Assembly (NCBI GenBank): GCA_013239625.1
Contig: MU053379.1
Span: forward strand, 3,987,229-4,051,228
Reading direction: 5' to 3'
DNA from: Lama guanicoe
Taxonomy: Eukaryota
Length of the DNA: 64,000 nt
Shown here: piece by piece, positions 59,480 through 64,000 of the stretch
Position numbering within the stretch: position 1 is the stretch's first letter
Layout: every line of letters starts with the position of its first letter
Notes under the pieces: model-generated
Seen by the model: only the letters and a program-made list of their open reading frames with translations
Told to the model about the DNA's origin: nothing
The model's database searches: none
Program-made: the position numbers and the translations under genes

Positions 59480-59760
59480 CTGCCCCAGGGCCTTTGCATT
59501 TGCTTTGGTTCATCTTTCTCATGAACAGCTCCTTCTAAAGTCTCCTTCCCCCGCCCCCAGGGACAGTCTTCCACCTCCTGTTTTACCTCCTGCCTGTGCA
59601 CATCACCACCTGAAGTCACCTTGACCTTGTCCACATGTGTGTACCTGCCTGGCCCTACTTAAATGTGAACTCCAAGTGCAGGACTTCCTCTGTCTTGCTC
59701 AAGTCTGTCCCCCCAGGACCTCGCGTTAAACGAGCGCACAGGGGTCTCAGCCAATGGCAC
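59480..59760 (+). mobile_element. L2 3' fragment
   Basis: cagggcctttgcatttgct and aatgtgaactccaagtgcaggac...tgtcttgctca motifs. Confidence 0.45.
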
Positions 59761-60196
59761 TGCAGTGGACTAGCGCGTGGATGCAGTGATTTGTAGCCAC
59801 CGTTGCCGGACACACTTCTGTCCCGGATGATGCCCTCTGGGCTTGTCATCCGGCCCACGCCTGGTTTCTGCTCAACACCTGGGGTGATGTCTACCCGTCA
59901 CCTCCCCCGGTGAGCCCCTCTTCTCACCAATTGGATGGTAAATGCGTTCAGCGACGGGGCCTTAGACGCCCGACTTCAGTCGTGAGCCGCAGGGCTCGGG
60001 AAGCAGGGGAGGCTGCTACGGGGCCCCTCCCTGTGGTCCAGGAGGCCCGCCCTGTGGTTTACGGGGTGAGAGACAACCTGCTCTTGCCCAGCGTGAGGAT
60101 GGGCTGTTTTGAAAACAAAAGCAGCTGTTGTGTCTGCAATGACATTGCGTCACAACACTTTATACATTAATCTGCAAAATAAATCACAGGTGAGGG

Positions 60197-60396
60197 CAGG
60201 GATCGGAAACTACGACCCCTGGGCCCAAGGCACCAGCCACCTGCTGTCTTCTGGTGCAAGAGCTAAGAACAGATTTCGTGGTTTTAAATGGTAACATTTT
60301 AAACGGCGATTTAATCACACAGCTGATGTTCCTGAATTTTCCGTCTTGCCCCTCAGTTTACTCGCAGGTTCTTTAAGGAAAGTTTCCCAACCCCTG
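60197..60396 (+). mobile_element. MER58-like hAT-Charlie element
   Basis: Terminal inverted repeats cagggatcggaaact / agtttcccaacccctg; internal gagctaagaa...ttttaaatgg. Confidence 0.7.
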
Positions 60397-63300
60397 GTTC
60401 AGAGGAAATTTCGTCTTCCAAAAATTTTACAAACCAATAAGTGGCTGTTTTGTGTCGTTGCTCAGGGTGACGTGGATGTGTGTATGACACACTCGCACAG
60501 GACAGAGACGGCTAACGCTGCAGGGAGGGGGTTTGCTCAAGGAGCAGGCTGTGCACCGCCGGACAGGGACAAGCTGTGAGGTCAGCAGGCAGGTTCAGCA
60601 GCCGATGAGGGTGGGGGACCCTGTGCAGAAGGGGACGATCCAGTCCTGTGTGCTCGTGGCTGAAAACGCCTGTTGAGACATTCCAGCTCATTTTCTCTCA
60701 TCAGTATTAAGAGCGGGCTGTTGAGGTCTCCCGTTTAATTAAGCAGGATGTCAGCATCACCACCCTTCCCATCAAATCAGCACCTGCGGGTTCCCTGGAC
60801 CAGCTGAGGACCCAGCTCTTCCTCCAGCCGCAGGTCTGCGCGCGTCCACTTGGAGGCACCGTGGAACCATGTCTGCGATCAGAGCAGGCTAAAACAAAAT
60901 CAATAAACCAACAGTATCTCCATCCCCAGCTCAGGCTGAATATAACTTCTATCTGCATCACCTGCCCAAATCTGTAATTTTTGCAAATACTATGGTAACA
61001 ATGATCTGATGTTTACATTATTGAGAACGAAGGGGTTTCAGGTGAGATTTTTCCAGCCAGAGAGAATTAGACTTAAACGCTGTCCCCTTTCAGGTCAAAG
61101 GACTCGGAGGACTGGTGACCTGGGGAAGCTGGGAGCTCAGGGGCCGCCACCTCACTGTCTCTGAAAGGAACGCACATCACAGGGGACTGGGGCTGTCAAC
61201 TGTGTTTCTGCACCACATGGACACCTAGTCTGGAGGAAGAAACCATTCTGAGTGGCTTCAAATTCCCTGGGAGTCACATGCAAACGGTGTCCTTCTGATA
61301 AGAAAACTGTTCTTGTCATCTGGTCCTTCGTGGCCTGGGAAACATCTACTGATGATTAGGACCCTAATTGTTTTATAGGTCTTTATCATTTTTCTGAACT
61401 TTTCACTTGCGTGTTTCATTTTATCTCCTATAACACACCCGGGCTAGTATGGGGTTGAAATGAATGTCCCCGAATTCAATGGTGCACTTTATGACGTCTG
61501 GCCCAGCACTGCCTGTCCCTTGACTGCCTTTCAGAGGCTGCGTTAGTTTACTTTGAACATCTGTGCGCCCTCCTTTCAACAGCACCGTCTTTCTGAAATA
61601 CACGAAGCGTGACCGTGTGATGCAAACAGATGTCGCTGGGCTGTTTGGAGCCATCAGTCGTTAGGACCTAAGCCCTTGTGATGCACCTGGTTCTGAGAAG
61701 CTCCCCAGGAGCGAAGGTGGGGCACTCTCCTTGGGGTCCTCCTGCATTTTCTGCCACAAAGACAAACATCACCAACTCCATTTAGACCATATCCTGCTGC
61801 TGAGCGATCCCTCCACCTGCGTCCAGGCTGACAGGCTCGCATTTCTCCTCCCGGGTTTGAACAAATGTTACCAGTACCAGGGCTTTTAGAATTATTACCA
61901 GACAATAATTTCGCCAGCCCTCTGGGTTTAGCAAACAATACTTGGGGTTAGCCCGTTCTGATCTCCCGCTAATCCAGGATAATTGCTTGCGGTTTCCTGG
62001 GGAATCTGAGCATCTCAAAGCCGGATTCACCGAATGGCTCTATGGGACGGGGTTTGGGGGCCATTTGGCCTCGACCAGCAAACCTGTTTTTAGCAGAAGC
62101 TCTATTGCAAAAGTACCTCTTCCTTCGATGACTACCAATGGCCAACTCCCCGTAAATCAGGTGCATTTACTGGGCAAATCTGAGGTGCTGTTTCACAAAC
62201 TCCCCACATCCTCCCTCCACTTTCCCTCCCATAGCGTGTCCTCCTGTTAGATATCTGGTCAACCCTGGCCAGTGGCCGGCAAGCTTGGCTCTCTGCTGCG
62301 GGAGGATTTGAGTAGGTCTGAGGGGCAGGGGCATCCCTGGGCTTGGCCTCGTGGTTTCTGGGACGGAACATCAGGGTTTGTCCCCTCCAGCCCCGGACCA
62401 GTGGACACAGAAAGGTGAGGGGCACGGACAGGACCTCAGTGAGGGGTGTTAGTCGGAGCAGTAAGCTTTTCGGTTGGTTCAGAGCTTATTTTCCAGAAGT
62501 AAGGGGCGTGAGTCTGGCCTGTTCTCAGTGTTGTCTCACGGGGCACGTTGATTCCAGTCTTCCGGCCCTGAGGACTGAATGGTGACCACACACACACACA
62601 AAGCTGCTGCTCTGAGGAGCTGGGTCCCCTGTGAGGTGGCCAACGCCCCGATCGGGCAGCTGAGGACGCAAGGGCTCAGGGAGGGGTGACAAGACCCCAA
62701 CGCCCGCGGAGCCCGAGGGCCACGCCCGGGCTGAGTCTGAGCCCGCACTTGGACGCCTGGGCTCTGCCCTCAGCAGCGTCGGTGCTCGGCCAGGCGCGTC
62801 CCTCGCCTTCAGGCCCTGATGCGCCCAGGGCAGGTCGGTGGAGAGAGGAGAAAGGGTCCCGTGGGGCATTTATGCAGAGACGATTCCAGAAGGGCATGGA
62901 ATCGTCCAGAGGCACCTGGGGACAGCGGCTACCTGGCTCTGTCTCTCGCTCTTTAAACCTCTGGGAGTTTCGATGGATTTTGTCAACCTATAGATCACAG
63001 AATTTTTATCTTTTAAGTTATAAACTATCCTGGGGGGGTTGTTATGTGTGGCTTACTGAGCATTAAAGAATGTTTGCTTCATACCAGACCACAGGCTGCT
63101 GAGGGCCAATGTGTTCCCTCAAGTTCTGAGCAGGGACCCCCGGTGGTCTTCCCTCTGATCTGCTGCCACAACGGAAGCCATGAGACGGTAGCAGGACGTT
63201 ACAAAACAGCCTGCAAGCTGAAGTGTTCAGGAAGGCAGAAATACGTGAAAATCCAACAGAAAATGTGGTGACAGCCCGGGGTTCTTTTGCCAAATGGAGA

Positions 63301-63444
63301 TGTAATTGTACCCCTGGCAATGGTGTCATTTAGAAATTTCTTTTAGTCAGTTTCTTTCATATTTTGGCGTCACTGTTTTTTCTTATTTGTTTTCAGGTCC
63401 CTAAGGTGACGGACGTGTGAACAACTTAGAACACTTGTACTGGT

Positions 63445-63463
63445 GGGGCCACCAGGGGGCGTG
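63445..63463 (+). promoter_or_regulatory. Candidate CTCF site
   Basis: ggccaccagggggcg (63447-63461) is a near-perfect match to the CTCF core consensus. Confidence 0.55.
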
Positions 63464-64000
63464 TTAGCCCAGCAAACATCCGCGAGGTCCAGGGCTGGCA
63501 CCACCGTGCACTTGGGGAGGCGGGTGAAGAATAGGGACTTCCCTTTGAGACCAATTGAGGGTAAGTAAAGACGGCGGTGAGCACGTCAGGTGTGGCTGCA
63601 GGGAGATGAGGAGGGGGAGGGTAATTCAGGAAGGGAACTCTTTGGCTCAACGCAGCCAGGTTGTGCCTGTCTTCCCTCTGTGGCCCACAGGTGAGGTGGT
63701 GGCAGAGGCCGAGGAGGGGGTGACCTCCTGAGACCTTAGGAGGGAGGCTTGGCCCTCCCCCTCCACTCCCAAAGGGGCAGCGATCTAATGAGAAAATGGC
63801 AGGGCTGTGCTTTGTGCTGAGCGGCTCCAGGCTGGCGGCCACCGGACCACTCTCCGAGGACCTGGCCTTGAGGCTCCGCCTCTTCAAGGGTAAATCCAGG
63901 ATGGCCGGGGCGGAGCCACGAGAGCCCAAGTCACCACTCTTGTTGCCTCTTTGCTGAGTCCGATGGCGAGGCACTGGGAGATGAGAGGAGAGACGCAGTG

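Noticed and set aside
1..64000. The many 60-240 aa ORFs in the supplied track
   Set aside because: They overlap in all frames, often start at non-ATG codons, are rich in P/G/R/A/S as expected for GC-rich DNA, and match no protein I recognise other than L1 ORF2 and a pogo-like remnant

Overview
Mammalian genomic DNA, most likely camelid (camel/alpaca/llama): two copies resemble the camelid tRNA-derived Vic-1 SINE, and several L1 3' ends are of artiodactyl/camelid type. Family assignments are from recalled consensus sequences, not a search. The window is GC- and CpG-rich with four assembly gaps. I cannot recognise any host protein-coding exon; the only ORFs with recognisable protein similarity are L1 ORF2 C-terminal fragments and a pogo/Tigger-like transposase remnant. 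The content is intergenic or intronic: interspersed repeats (L1, L2, MIR, MLT1, LTR16-like, MER3/5/58, Tigger-like, Vic-1), several orphan CpG islands, a 26-bp minisatellite and small tandem duplications. The most notable structure is a recent ~2.5-kb head-to-tail duplication (21283-23786 / 23787-26020). It carries a promoter-like CpG island with a symmetric ATTGG-N12-CACGTG-N12-CCAAT module, and all six CpG-transition differences I found lose the CpG in the second copy. Several L1 insertions show unusual mechanics: a 5' inversion, a probable 3' transduction, a possible chimera and a 29-bp insertion with a perfect target-site duplication (TSD). I found no convincing evidence of a novel protein-coding system.
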